In this document: positions 1 to 11,162 of the stretch, piece by piece
Position numbering within the stretch: the stretch's first letter is position 1
Layout: each line of letters opens with the position of its first letter
Assembly (NCBI GenBank): GCA_038087875.1
Contig: JAXLNO010000065.1
Coordinates: 124,001 to 188,000 of the forward strand
Length of the DNA: 64,000 nucleotides
Reading direction: 5' to 3'
Source of the DNA: Malacoraja senta
Taxonomy: Eukaryota
Program-made: the position numbers and the translations under genes
The notes under the pieces: model-generated
The model's database searches: none
The model's input: only the letters and a program-made list of their open reading frames with translations
Told to the model about the DNA's origin: nothing

Positions 1-735
1 GCCATGAAGGCCACGCCCCTTCCGGTGGGAGGGGGAGGGATTATAAAACCCGGAAGTATGGCTGTGGCTCAGTCTCTGCAAGATGGGGGAGGGAGAGATC
101 ACAACTGTCTGAGCTGTGAATCAACTGAACACACTGAATGTCTACTGAACTGTGTGTGGTGTTTATGTGATGTTTATATGATGTTTATGTGGTGTTTTGT
201 GGTGTTTTGTGTGGTTTTATGGTGGTTTCACCCTGCTTGAAATGGTATGAAACTGCATTTGAATGTGGTGGCCTTGCACCCTGCATGAAAAGGTATGAAA
301 CTAACTGCAATTGAATCTGGTGGCCTTGCACCCTACTTGAAGTGGCATGAAACTGCACTTGAATTTGGTGGCCTTGCACCCTGCTTGAAGTGGTATGAAA
401 CTGCACTTGAAATTGGTGGCCTTGCACCCTGCTTGAAGTGGAATTTCAAGGAATAGCCCTGAGTCAAATGCCAGCCCACCAGCCGTGAGTGAGCTGCCAG
501 CACATCAGGCTTGAGTGACTGAGCTGCCACCCCAAGAATCCATTTGGCCCATAATGTCCATACTAGCCCTCTGGAAACCAGTCCCTTAAGGCCACAACAG
601 CCATACTAGCGCTCCAGAAAGCCCCCCCCCCTCCACTGGCCACCAATATTGGAATTGATGGAGAGGTGGAATATTGCGTTGGGGGACCAGCCCTCCCGTG
701 TGAACATGGGACCCAATGGGTCCCACTTAGTCTAG
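1..735 (+). mobile_element. Non-autonomous Helitron-like element, 3' part (begins before window)
   Basis: Hairpin TGGGACCCA-A-TGGGTCCCA (707-725) followed 6 nt later by CTAG (732-735) and then T, the canonical Helitron 3' end; carries internal tandem repeats. Confidence 0.6.
230..440. repeat. ~48-bp tandem repeat, ~4 copies, inside the Helitron-like element
   Basis: Repeated CCCTGCTTGAAGTGGTATGAAACTGCACTTGAATTTGGTGGCCTTGCA. Confidence 0.85.
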
Positions 736-852
736 TGGACTATAAAATCTTCCCAACCACAGAAGTCAGACTAACTGGCCTACAATTTATTTTCCTTTGA
801 CTCGCCCTGTTCTTAAACAGTGGAGACACGTTTGCAATTTTCTAGTCGTAGA

Positions 853-1140
853 GTCATAGAGTCTTAAAGCGTGGAAGCAGGCCCTTCAGCCCAACTAGCT
901 CACACCGGCCAACATGTCCCGTCTAGATTAGTCCCACCTGCCTGCATTTGGCCCCTATCCTTCTAAACCTGTCCTAACCATGGACCTGTCTAAATGTTTC
1001 TTCAACGTTGCGATAGTACCTGCCTCTACTACCTCCTCTGGCAGCTTGTTCCATACACATACCATCCTTTGTGTGTTAAAGTTACCCCTCATATTCCTAT
1101 TAAATCTTTCCCCCTCACGTTAAACCTATGTCCTCTGGTG
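853..1140 (-). mobile_element. CR1/HER1-type LINE 3' fragment
   Basis: Reverse complement of the CR1 ORF2 end and 3' UTR (cf. 4845-5155). Confidence 0.75.
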
Positions 1141-1315
1141 CTCTGGTTTCCTCCCACACTTGAAAGATGTACAGCTTTGTAGGTTAATTGGCTTTGGCAA
1201 AACATTTTAATGTCCCTAGTGTGTAGGATAGTTCTGATGTGCGGGGATTGCTGTTCGGCGGGGACTTAGTGGGCCGAAGGGCCTGTTTCCACGTTGTATC
1301 TCTAAACTGAACTAA
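1140..1315 (+). mobile_element. V-SINE (HE1-like) 3' half
   Basis: GGTTTCCTCCCACAC...GTAGGTTAATTGGC...GGGCCGAAGGGCCTGTTTCC...CTAAACT, matching the full copy at 16383-16700. Confidence 0.75.
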
Positions 1316-2238
1316 AAACATACTCCTGAGAATTTGAGTCCAGCGTTGCAGATTCTTGTGAGAATCTTTGATGTAGACAGTGTCCAGGGATTAGGGGATG
1401 TCAGTGTGCATAGTGCAGTGTAACTGCACAGACAACTTTGCTGCACATTTTCAACCACCCTGGTCAGTCTGTAGGACACATGTCCAAGTGAATAGAACTG
1501 AGTCAACTCAAAACATGGCACATATCAATAACATCTGATCCGGAGCTTTCAGATATTTAGTTTAGTTTAGAGATACAGCATGGAACAAGGCCCATCGGTC
1601 CATCGAGTCCACACTGACTATTGAACAGGGGTGTCAGGGGTTATGAGGAGAAGGCAGGAGAATGGGGTTGAGTGGAAATTGGGCGGAGGTTTGCTCACCA
1701 ATGGTTTTCTGATGAGCTTCATGAAGAGACTGGGTGAAAACAGTCCTGATTCAGAGTCTTGACCTGACATCGCAACAATTCCTTTCCCAACACAAATGCT
1801 GCCCGACCTGCTGAAGTCGTCCAGCTTATTGTTAGCTGCTTTGAACTAAAACCATCGCCATCCACTCGCTTGACTTCACTGGCACTTGACTTCACGGGCA
1901 CTCAGGAAGGCGTCCACTGCACTATTTAAAAATAAAAGTTTCATATTTTCAGATTTATTTTACATATTTTACAAGATTATTAAACTCTCGGGGGAATCAA
2001 TGCTTTGGTGGAAATGATATTACTTCCCATTCAGAAGAAAATTTAAAACTAAAATCAACTGGAGACTTAAGTCCCTTGGGATAAAAGAATAAAAAAATTA
2101 TACAAAAAATAACTAAATTTGGATTAATGAGCATTGAATCCTTGCGTTAGCCAGTGAGAGAGTGATGTGGAACTGTAATGAACTAGAAATTAATTGCTGT
2201 TTCAGTTATGCTGAGAACTATATTCTACACTCTGTATC

Positions 2239-2275
2239 TTCAATTCAATTCAATTCAATTCAATTCAATTCAATT
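2239..2275. repeat. (TTCAA)n microsatellite, probably a retroelement tail
   Basis: ~7 TCAAT units followed by GCTTTATTGTCA. Confidence 0.85.
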
Positions 2276-2349
2276 GCTTTATTGTCATCTTGCAAGCAAC
2301 AGTTGTGCAGTGCAAAACGAAAAGACGTTTCCCAGGGAATACCGGAGCA

Positions 2350-2490
2350 TCGCACTTTTCTCCACACTTTATACTTGAGTTTGGTTTGATTGTATTTTTG
2401 TACGGTATCTGATCTGATTGGATAGCATGCAAAACAAAGCTATTCACTATATCTCAGTCCATGTGACAATAATAAACCTAAACCTAAGTT
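2350..2490 (+). mobile_element. Rex1/Babar-type LINE 3' tail
   Basis: ...AAAGCTATTCACTATATCTCAGTCCATGTGACAATAATAAACCTAAACC; same tail as the copies attached to Rex-type RT sequence at 18765-19212. Confidence 0.6.
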
Positions 2491-2599
2491 TAAAGGTCCC
2501 TCTACACTCATTCACTGGGCAGGGACAGTCCATGTTAGACACAGAGTAAAGCTCCCTCTACACTGTCCCATTCATCATTTACAGGGGGGCAGGGACAGT

Positions 2600-2718
2600 C
2601 CCGACCCGAAACATCACCTATCCTTTTTCTCCAGAGATGTTGCCTGACCCGCTGAGTTACTCTAGTATTTTGTGTCTACCTTTGGTATGAACCAGCATCT
2701 GCACTTCCTTGTTTCTAC
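2600..2718 (+). mobile_element. Penelope-like element terminal fragment
   Basis: GACCCGAAACATCACC...GATGTTGCCTGACCCGCTGAGTTAC...CCAGCATCTGCAC; same module that follows the GIY-YIG-type ORF end at 41485-41822. Confidence 0.65.
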
Positions 2719-2848
2719 AGGGAGTGTACATGTTAGATGCGGAATAAAGTTCCCTATGGATTGTCCTATCACATACTCCCAGGGGGAATAATACAAATTA
2801 AATGATGAGGAGAAGGTTTCTCCATTTTCACTTGTCAAACATCCCTAG

Positions 2849-2951
2849 GTCAGATCTGACACACATCTCACTCGAGGCACAAGTGTCCTGATGAACGCTG
2901 TCTCAACTCCTCTTAAAGATGACAGATTGATCAAACCACAAGCCATTGAAG
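2849..2951 (+). CDS. Candidate internal coding exon of an unidentified gene (VRSDTHLTRGTSVLMNAVSTPLKDDRLIKPQAIE)
   Basis: Acceptor ...catccctag|G and donor GAAG|gtgagc; 103 nt; only frame 0 is open; ends in phase 1, compatible with 4473-4558. No homology recognised. Confidence 0.3.
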
Positions 2952-3254
2952 GTGAGCTGGCAGTTGTTAAAGTTTACTGCACCAACTCATAATGAAGTTA
3001 TTTACAGTGACAGGGCTTTCCCATGGCCACCCCATAGAACCTAGACTGTGTTGTTATTGGCCCAGTGCGGTTGTTTAAACTTTATTAGGCATGTCTTGTA
3101 AAACCTTTACGAGTATATTACTCAGCCAAGATGTGTTTCTCAGATAACTGATGTTTGGAGTTTGCAGCCTTCTTGGGAATGCAGAGTTTAGCTCAGTACA
3201 TCAGTTGGACGGAGCTGGATGTGAATACACGTGCAGAACAGTGGGCAGTGAATA

Positions 3255-3431
3255 GAAGAGTGAGATGGGGTGAGAAGGAGGGGGAGGGAACGGGAGAGAG
3301 AGAAAGAGATTGAGAGGGAGAGAGAGATGGAGATGGAGAGAGGGGTAGAGAGGGAGGGAGGGAAAGGGATGGAGAGATAGATAGAGGCGGAGCAAAAGAG
3401 AGGGCGTGAGATGGAGGGAGAGAGCGAGAGA
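3255..3431. repeat. Purine-rich (GA/GGA) low-complexity tract
   Basis: Nearly pure G/A run. Confidence 0.85.
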
Positions 3432-3494
3432 ATCAAAGTCTGCTTCCCTTCTCATTCCCAGGTGAGTATATTATTGGTGAACAAGAAATATCCA

Positions 3495-3710
3495 TTTGTT
3501 TGGTAACTTTCTTTAGAGGTGTATAAAACCACGAGGAGATTAGATAGGGTGAATGCACAGAGACTTTTACCTAGGATAAGCAAATCAAGGAACATAGTAC
3601 TTAGGTTTAAGGTGATAAGGGTTAAATTTAATAGAACCTGAGGGGCAACTTTCACAGAGGGTCTTGGGTATATGGTATGAGCAACCAGAGGAAATAGCAG
3701 GTACTATAAG
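3495..3710 (+). mobile_element. Old CR1 LINE ORF2 3' fragment
   Basis: GAGGTGTATAAAACCACGAGGAGATTAGATAGGGTG...TTTAAGGTGATAAGGG, a degenerate EVYKIMRGLDRV...FKVRG motif. Confidence 0.7.
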
Positions 3711-3884
3711 ACGCTGGCAGGCTGAAACTTGGTGTCAGAGACTCACACAGCAGGGAGATAGCCCACTGAGTCTGTGCCCACCATTAAACCCTCATTTGCA
3801 GTGACCCTACAACCATTCCCATTTTATTCTCCCCACATTCCCATCAATCCCCGCCCCAGATTTCATCACTCAGTGACGTTCTCA

Positions 3885-4445
3885 TAGAATAATGCAGTGT
3901 GGAAACAGGCCCTTCGGCCCAACTTGCCCATGCTGCCCCATCTACACTAGTCCCACCTGCCCGCGCTTGGCACATAATGGCCCTGTCCCACTGTACGAGT
4001 TCATTCAAGTGCTCTCCCGAGTTTAAAAAAAGATCAAACTCATGGTAAACACGTAGAATGAACGCAGCGGGTACGTCGGAGCTCAGGGACGTCTCTTAGC
4101 GGCTCGTAACGCTAACGGCAGGTACTTGGGAAGATTCGCTAACGGCAGGTAAGCTCGGGAAGACTCGTGGAGATTTTTTAACATGTTGAAAAATGCCCAC
4201 GAGAGCCCCGAGTACTTACGAGCGACCATTACCGTAAATCTCCGAGTTCGAATCAGGGCAAACTCGGGGAGAACTCTTGAATGAACTCGTACAGTGGGAC
4301 AGGGCTTTAACTCTCTAAACCTGTTCTATCCATGTACCTGTATAATTGTCTCCTAAATGTTATGAAAGCACCTGCCTCAATTACCTCCTCCGGCAGCTCA
4401 TTCCATACACCCACCACCCTTTGTGTAAAAAAAGTTACTCCTCAC
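3885..4445 (-). mobile_element. CR1/HER1 3' fragment split by a MITE
   Basis: Tail sequence resumes after 4310 in register with the sequence before 3975. Confidence 0.7.
3978..4307. mobile_element. MITE with ~45-bp TIRs and TAA target duplication (PIF/Harbinger-like)
   Basis: Left GCCCTGTCCCACTGTACGAGTTCATTCAAG is the reverse complement of right CTTGAATGAACTCGTACAGTGGGACAGGGC; TAA at 3975-3977 and 4308-4310. Confidence 0.85.
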
Positions 4446-4472
4446 AACCTCAGAGTTTCCCACTCAACACAG

Positions 4473-4558
4473 TCCCAGGTGAACAGCAGGATCTGCAGAT
4501 CAATGACATACTGCAAGCCTTGGCAACTCGTTTTCTGGCAATTCCGTTTGAGCAATAA
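4473..4558 (+). CDS. Candidate terminal coding exon ((V)PGEQQDLQINDILQALATRFLAIPFEQ*)
   Basis: Two tandem AG acceptors (4471-72, 4477-78), both phase-compatible with exon 2849-2951; helix-like peptide ending at TAA. The pyrimidine tract is weak and no homology is recognised. Confidence 0.3.
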
Positions 4559-4844
4559 CTATTATTAGGATGCTGCAGATATCTCCATGCTTCCCATTAT
4601 AATAGAATCTCTTGTGGCCATTTGAGAGAACAGATAGAATTTCAGTGGAACAAAGTGGAGATCGCCTGATCGGTTTTACTCCAAAGGAGTGCAGTGCCTC
4701 CATTAGTTCTCATGACATTAGATGTGAGTCTCTTTCTCTTGTCTCTCAGCTGTGTCTCCTTGGAATTTGAGACCTTGCAAAAGCTTTCCAGGAATGTGGG
4801 CACAGAGCAGGCTCAATCCCACCCTGGAGACTCCGGCAATCACA

Positions 4845-5155
4845 GTCATAGAGTCTTACAGCGAGGAAACAGGCCCTTTAGCCCAACTTGCCTACACTGA
4901 CCAACATGTCCCAGCTACACTAGTCCCACCTGCCTGCAATTGGCCCATCTCCCCCTAAACCTGTCCTGTCCATGTCTAAAGGTTTCTTAAATGTTGTGAT
5001 AATACCTGCCTCAACTACCTCCTCTAGCAGTTCGTTCCATATACCTATCACCCTTTGTGTGAAAAAGTTACCCTTCAGATTCCTATTAAATCTTTCCCCC
5101 CTCACCTTAAACCTATGTCCTCTGGTTCTTGATTCCCCTACTCTGGGCAAGACTC
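4845..5155 (-). mobile_element. CR1/HER1 LINE 3' fragment
   Basis: ORF 4920-5264(-) contains PRVGESRTRGHRFKVRGERFNRNLKGNFFTQRVIGIWNEL, the CR1 ORF2 C-terminus. Confidence 0.9.
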
Positions 5156-5316
5156 TGTGCTTCTGTGAGGATGTAGCGGAGATGCAAATAATTCCACATA
5201 GGCTGCACATCACAGGATCCAATGTGATCTCGGCAGAAGCCATGGGGAAATGTGTGTCTCCCATTCGAAGGCCTTGGTGGGATGTGCATGAGTGTGTGTG
5301 AGTCAGTTTGCATGTA

Positions 5317-5808
5317 TAGTCACTCCCCGACTTACGTAATAGGTGACTTACACTTGTGTAAGCAATTCTTTAAGATCACTGGTTTATTTCCGAGCTGCGC
5401 GTCTCCGTATTAATGTGCTGCTGCACATGCGGCAATATCCACAAGCCAGTCAGTCACTGCTCCCAAGCAGTTTCCACGTCATCCATGTCAGAGGTCCCCC
5501 ATGGTCTTCATGTCATTCATGTTGGAGCTCCCATGAGGCCTCCGTGTCGGAGCTCCCCTGTGGTCTTTGTGTCGGAGCTCCCCTGTGGTCTCTGTGTCGG
5601 AGCTCCCACGTGGTCTCTGTGTCGGAGCTCCCACGTGGTCTCTGTGTCGGAGCTCCCACGTGGTCTCTGTGTCGGAGCTCCCACGTGGTCTCCCACTGCT
5701 ACTACAGAGTACAAATAGTAAATTTGCATGTGCGCAGCAGCACTTCCGTTTCCAACTTAAGTAACATCTGACTTATGCAAGGGTCTTGCATAAATTGGAG
5801 AGCGTCTG
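5317..5808. mobile_element. Tc1/mariner (Tigger/pogo-like) MITE
   Basis: TA|TAGTCACTCCCCGACTTACG ... CATAAATTGGAGAGCGTCTG|TA: degenerate TIRs with TA flanks. Confidence 0.6.
5543..5692. repeat. 25-bp minisatellite, ~6 copies
   Basis: CTGTGTCGGAGCTCCCACGTGGTCT repeated; it explains the repetitive ORFs at 5343-5771. Confidence 0.95.
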
Positions 5809-5814
5809 TATTAT

Positions 5815-6010
5815 ATATGTGTGCAGCTGCATGTGTGAGTACATGCATCCATGCATGTGTGTACTTACTTGTGCATGTGAGTGTATGCATGCATTTTGTA
5901 TGTATGTGTATGTGTGCACGTGTATGCAAGTGTTACTGTGCATGTATGTCTGTGCATGCATGTGTTTGCTAGTGCGAGCATGTACATGTTTGTATGTGTG
6001 TGCGTGTGTG
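5815..6010. repeat. Degenerate (TG/TGCA)n low-complexity tract
   Basis: Alternating purine-pyrimidine run. Confidence 0.85.
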
Positions 6011-7334
6011 AGAGAAGAAAGGGGGATACATAAAGTGGAAAGGATTCAAACACACTGAGCTCTGCAGAGGTGGGAGTGGAGCGAAGGTTGCAGAGAGAGA
6101 GAGAAATGACAAAGAACGACAGAGTGAAATGCAATGAGAAAGTCAAACTGAAGTGTGCACTGAAATGAAGGATCGAAAGAAAAGTACGACAGCCGAGAGG
6201 GGAAGGAAAGAAAGGGAAAGGCGCATGGCAGAGAGAGGAGGAAAGCTGTCAGAAAGTGAAGGAAAGATCTGGCAGGAAGTCAATGAAACTGGAGCAGTTT
6301 GGTCACAGGCTGCAGCATACAATGACGGAGGCATACAAATTACAGAGGAAGGCAGACAACATACAGTAGTCTGAAACAAGTCAAGGTTTAAGTGCCATGA
6401 ATATTCCATCATATCTTCTCCTCTAGGAATTGGTCTCCCACGGTGGTGAGGGGTCACAGACACACACGTTAGCATGGGACAAGGCCAATCCACTTGACAG
6501 CATGCTTCGAGATCTCTAATGTTACACATAGCACAACAGGATGACCTGCAGCTGACTCTCAGCTTGTTTAGCACAAGTTTTGTCTTACATTCTGGTTGGA
6601 ACTGCAGTCCCGTTTCCACCTCTTTTCCTGGCACCATTTAACCACCTGGTTACTTTCCAGTGAGCTGACCCTGAGACCTTTTGAAATGCAGGCTCTGGGA
6701 TGTGTTTGCATGATCATCAATGTCCAATAATCTGTGAACATTAAGCAAACTAAGGCACTACTCCAAGTGTTCAAGCTCATACCCAGGGTTTGCAGTAAAA
6801 TCTGCAGAGACACTGCTATTTGCTGGAGTTACGATCAATGTTGGGTCAAACCCAGATGTTCCTACTTACAGCACGTGTTGGTCCAAAATATGATGACTTG
6901 TGCATGTGTGAGCTATGCATAAAGAATCTCACAGTGCAGTGCATACATGACAATAAAGAACTATTGAACATTGGTCATAGAGTTGGGGGAGCCATAGAGT
7001 TGGGGGTGCATTCTGTTTTGATGTTTACACCAAAACATGTCAGGCATGTCCACCATTGGTTCAACACCATTCCCAAATGTTGGCTACAAGTCCCACCGAT
7101 TTTCCAGCACCCTCGGTTCCAGATCATTTCTGGATTATCCGTTTTGCCGAACCAACAGAGGTCACGGCTTTGGGGTCCCGAGATACCGGGCTGCAAAGTC
7201 GGCCGTGGAAGTCAGCTGTGGGAACAGATCTGATGGCTCCGGCCGGGCCGAAGTTCCAGAGCCCGGGATGCAGGGGGCAAATTCGATCCACCGATTGGCT
7301 GTGGAATTTGGATATGGGAACGGATCTGCCGACA

Positions 7335-7530
7335 AAAGGCCCTTAGGCCCGAGTCCATGCCGGCCGTCAATCACCTTTTCACCACTAGTTTCTATGTTAT
7401 CCCACTTTTGTATCCACTCCGTACACACTAAGGACACTTTACAGGAGCCAATTAACCTATCAACCTGCTCATCTTTGGGATGTGGGAGGAAACTGGAGCA
7501 CCCGGAGGAAACCCATGCGATACAGGGAGA
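7335..7530 (-). mobile_element. V-SINE fragment
   Basis: CCAATTAACCTA...TGTGGGAGGAAACTGGAGCACCCGGAGGAAACCCA is the reverse complement of the SINE core. Confidence 0.75.
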
Positions 7531-7642
7531 GCTTTTGAAGGCCATTCTTCTGGAAATATGCAATTCCCAGTAAGCATTCAGAACTGACTGAATGGTCTTG
7601 CCGCTGAACCCAGCCCATGTGGTGCCCATTCTCAGCTCGGGA

Positions 7643-8670
7643 TAGGAACATAGAAAATAGGTGCAGGAGTAGGCCATTCGGCCCTTCGAGCCTGTACCGC
7701 CATTCAATATGATCATGGCTGATCATCCAACTCAGTATCCTGTACCTGCTTTCTCTCCATACCCCCTGATCCCTTTAGCCACAAGGGCCACATCTAACTC
7801 CCTCTTAAATATAGCCAATGAACTGACCTCAACTACATTCTGTGGCAGAGAATTCCAGAGATTCACCACTCTCTGTGTAAAAAATGTTTTTCTCATCTCA
7901 GTCCTAAAAGATTTCCCCTTTATCCTTAAACTGTGACCCCTTGTTCTGGACTCCCCCAACATTGGGAACAATCTTCCTGCATCTAGCCTGTCCAACCCCT
8001 TAAGAATTTTGTAAGTTTCTATAAGATCCCCCCTCAGTCTTCTAAATTCCAGCGAGTACAAGCCGAGTCTATCCAGTCTTTCCTCATATGAAAGTCCTGA
8101 CATCCCAGGAATCAGTCTGGTGAACCTTCTCTGTACTCCCTCTATGGCAAGAATGTCCTTCCTCAGATTAGGAGACCAAAACTGTACGCAATACTCCAGG
8201 TGTGGTCTCACCAAGACCCTGTACAACTGCAGTAGAACCTCCCTGCTCCTATACTCAACTCCTTTTGCTATGAATGCTAACATACCATTCGCCTTCTTCA
8301 CTGCCTGCTGCACCTGCATGCCCACTTTCAATGACTGGTGTACCATGACACCCAGGTCTCGTTGCATCTCCCCTTTTCCTAATCGGTCACCATTCAGGTA
8401 ATAGTCTATTCCTGTTTTTGCCACCAAAGTGGATAACCTCACATTTATCCACATTATACTGCATCTGCCATGCATTTGCCCACTCACCCAGCCTATCCAA
8501 GTCATCTTGCAGCCTCCTAGCACCCTCCTCACAGCTAACACTGCCCCCCCCAGCTTCGTGTCATCCGCAAACTTGGAGATGTTGCATTCAATTCCCTCGT
8601 CCAAATCATTAATATATATTGTAAATAGCTGAGGTCCCAGCACTGAGCCTTGCGGTACCCCACTAGTCAC
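7643..8670 (-). mobile_element. 5'-truncated CR1/HER1 LINE (RT C-terminal half + 3' UTR)
   Basis: ORF 7732-8670: SGVPQGSVLGP, FADD, LVRPHLEYCVQFW, RTRGHSL, FFTQRVVNLWNSLP; tail TTCTATGTT. Confidence 0.95.
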
Positions 8671-9261
8671 ACATCATTGTCACCTAACACATGACATAGA
8701 CAGGTGACAACTCAGCCAGGTCAACCAATGTTCAGCCAGGTCAACTTCTTCTCTAAATCCTAGTTGAACTCCAACTGGCTCTGCATTTTTCAGGGTGTTT
8801 GTTATTGCCCTGGATACACTGATTGGGAAAGGTGAGTTGAAGTCCAAACTTGGCTGCTAAGAAATGTTAATTGCTTAGATGAAATAAATCTGGAATAGAC
8901 TGATATTTTTGTTAACTCTGGAATAGGGAGATATTTTGTTTAAACTTCTTGAAACAATAATTCTACTGAACACTGGGACACGGGCACAAACCTCCCCAAT
9001 GCCCCTATTGCTTTGTCTTCCCTGTCCCCAGCTCACGGTGTTTCCGATCAAACATGCTGATAAAATGTAGAAGCTGGCCGCTCTCATGTGGTGCTAATAG
9101 TTGGAGAGGTTGAATTTTATAATCTCTTACTTACTCAGATTCAAGCCCGCAGAAAGTTAACGAACAGACTATGTCATTGTCATCGTGGAGTTCATTGCCA
9201 TTAACATCCCAGGAATGACCATTGACCAGAAATTAAACTATGCCACTGAGTGCTCTTTACT

Positions 9262-9410
9262 TTAGACTTTAAAGATACAGTGCAGAAACAGGCCCTTTGG
9301 CCCATCGATTCCGCGCCGACCAACAATCACCCATACATTAGCACTATCCTACACATTAGGGACAATTTACAATTTTACTGAAGCCAATTAACCTACAAAC
9401 CTGTACGTCT
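9262..9410 (-). mobile_element. V-SINE 3' half
   Basis: GAAACAGGCCCTTTGGCCCA...GCCAATTAACCTACAAACCTGTACGTCT. Confidence 0.75.
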
Positions 9411-10450
9411 CCGGGGGTCTTTGGAATGTGAAGAGCATAAAACTTGGATTAGGTTAGTGCCAGAATTGTGTAGATGGATGTTTGATGAGCAGCACAGACT
9501 CGATGGGCCAAAGGGCTTGTTTCCAGGGTCTGCAACTCAGTCACAGTGTACCTACTTAACATTTCCTCCACTACTCTTTGATGCTGCCGCTTTAAGGGCT
9601 GTGCCCTATATTCTTATTCCCCATCTGAGGCTGGCTTGGGCCTGTCAAGTCATGCATCGTAGTTTGGCTGCAACTGAAGTTTGCATTTGCCAAGGAAAAC
9701 TTGCGATGCTGGAGCGCTGAGCTCGACACTGCTGTCAGAGGAAGAGCATTCAGTCTGCTGCTGTAATTAGGGATGCTGACACATGTCAGCCCTGTCTAAT
9801 TAACACAGGGATAATCTCACACAGACTGAAGAAAGGGATACTAAGTGCGCTGTAACCCCCCCTGGATGTTGAAAGATCATTGTCAGGATGTGCTCTGTAA
9901 TTATACACATCCGTGACGACCAACAGTTTTAGAAAAGAAGCATTTGCGAATAGATGGGTAACTGGGTTCTGCACAGCTGACCTTTCCCTCACCCCAGCCT
10001 CCTATCCAATTTTGAACAGAACTTGTTATGATACCAGCTACCATCCTGTTATGATACCTTCTTATCCGGATTCATCGCAGCTTGCTATGGCAACTGCTCA
10101 GCCCAACACCACAAGAAATTGCAGAGAGTTGTGAATCCACTAAACCAACCTCCCTGCCCGTCGACTCCATCTATACTTCATGCTGCCTCGGGAAAGCAGC
10201 CAACATAACCAAGGACCACTCAACACCCCGGTCATTCCCTCTTTCCCCCTCGTCTGTCAGGCAGAAGATACAAAAGCTTTAAGGCACGTATCAGCTCCTA
10301 CCCCGCTGGTATCAGACTCTTGAACAGACCTCACAAATGCCAACCATGAATTCACGATATTCCAATCTCATTGCAACCCTTGCGCATTATTTATCTGCAC
10401 TTTCTCTTAGCTGTAACACTATATACTGCACTCAGCTTATTCGCACTGAA

Positions 10451-11162
10451 GGGCGGCATGGTGGTGCAGCTGTAGAGTTTAGAAGAATGAGGGGGGACCT
10501 CATTGAAACTTACAGAATAGTGAAAGGCTCGGTTAGAGTCGATATGGAAAGGATGTTTCCACTAGCGGGAGAGTCTAGGACTAGAGGTCATAGCCTCAGA
10601 ATTAAAGGACATTCTTTTAGGAAGGAGATGAGGAGAAAATTCTTTTGTCAGAGGGTGGTGAATCTGTGGAATTCTTTGCCACAGGAGACAAGTCAGTGGA
10701 TATTTTTAAGGCAGAGATACATAGATTCTTCATTAGTATAGGTGTCAGAGATTATGGGGAGAAGGCATGAGAATGGGATGAGGAGGGGGAGATAGATCAG
10801 CCATGGTGTAGACTTGATGGGCCGAATGGCCTACTTCTACTCCTATCACTTATGACCTTAGTTGCTGCCTTACAGCGCCAGAGGCCCAGGTTCAATCCTT
10901 ACTAAAGGTGCTGTCTGTTTGGAGTTTGTACGTAGTCCATGTGACTGCGTGGGTTTTCGCCTGGTACTCCGGTTTCCACCCACACTCCAAAGACGTACAG
11001 GTTAATTGACGTAGGTTAATTGGCTTTGGTAAAAAGTGTAAATTGTCCCCAGTGTGTAGTGTGTGCTAGCATAATGTGAATCGCTGGTCAGCGCGGATCC
11101 AGTGGGCCGAAAGTCCTGTTTCCGCACTACATCTCTTAACAACACTAAACTAAACTAAACTG
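10451..11162 (+). mobile_element. V-SINE interrupted by a CR1 fragment
   Basis: Head GGGCGGCATGGTGGTGCAGC at 10451 continues at 10860 with GTTGCTGCCTTACAGCGCCAGAG; ACTGAAG is present at both flanks. Confidence 0.85.
10475..10860 (+). mobile_element. CR1/HER1 3' fragment
   Basis: EFRRMRGDLIETYRIVKG...ESRTRGHSLRIKG...RVVNLWNSLP in ORF 10337-10741. Confidence 0.9.

Noticed and set aside
5343..6146. Cys/His-rich ORFs
   Set aside because: They are translations of the 25-bp minisatellite and TG-rich tract.
6143..7716. ORFs of 137-184 aa (6143-6637, 6820-7233, 7037-7573, 7162-7716)
   Set aside because: No recognisable domain; they run through purine-rich, SINE and LINE-tail sequence on both strands.
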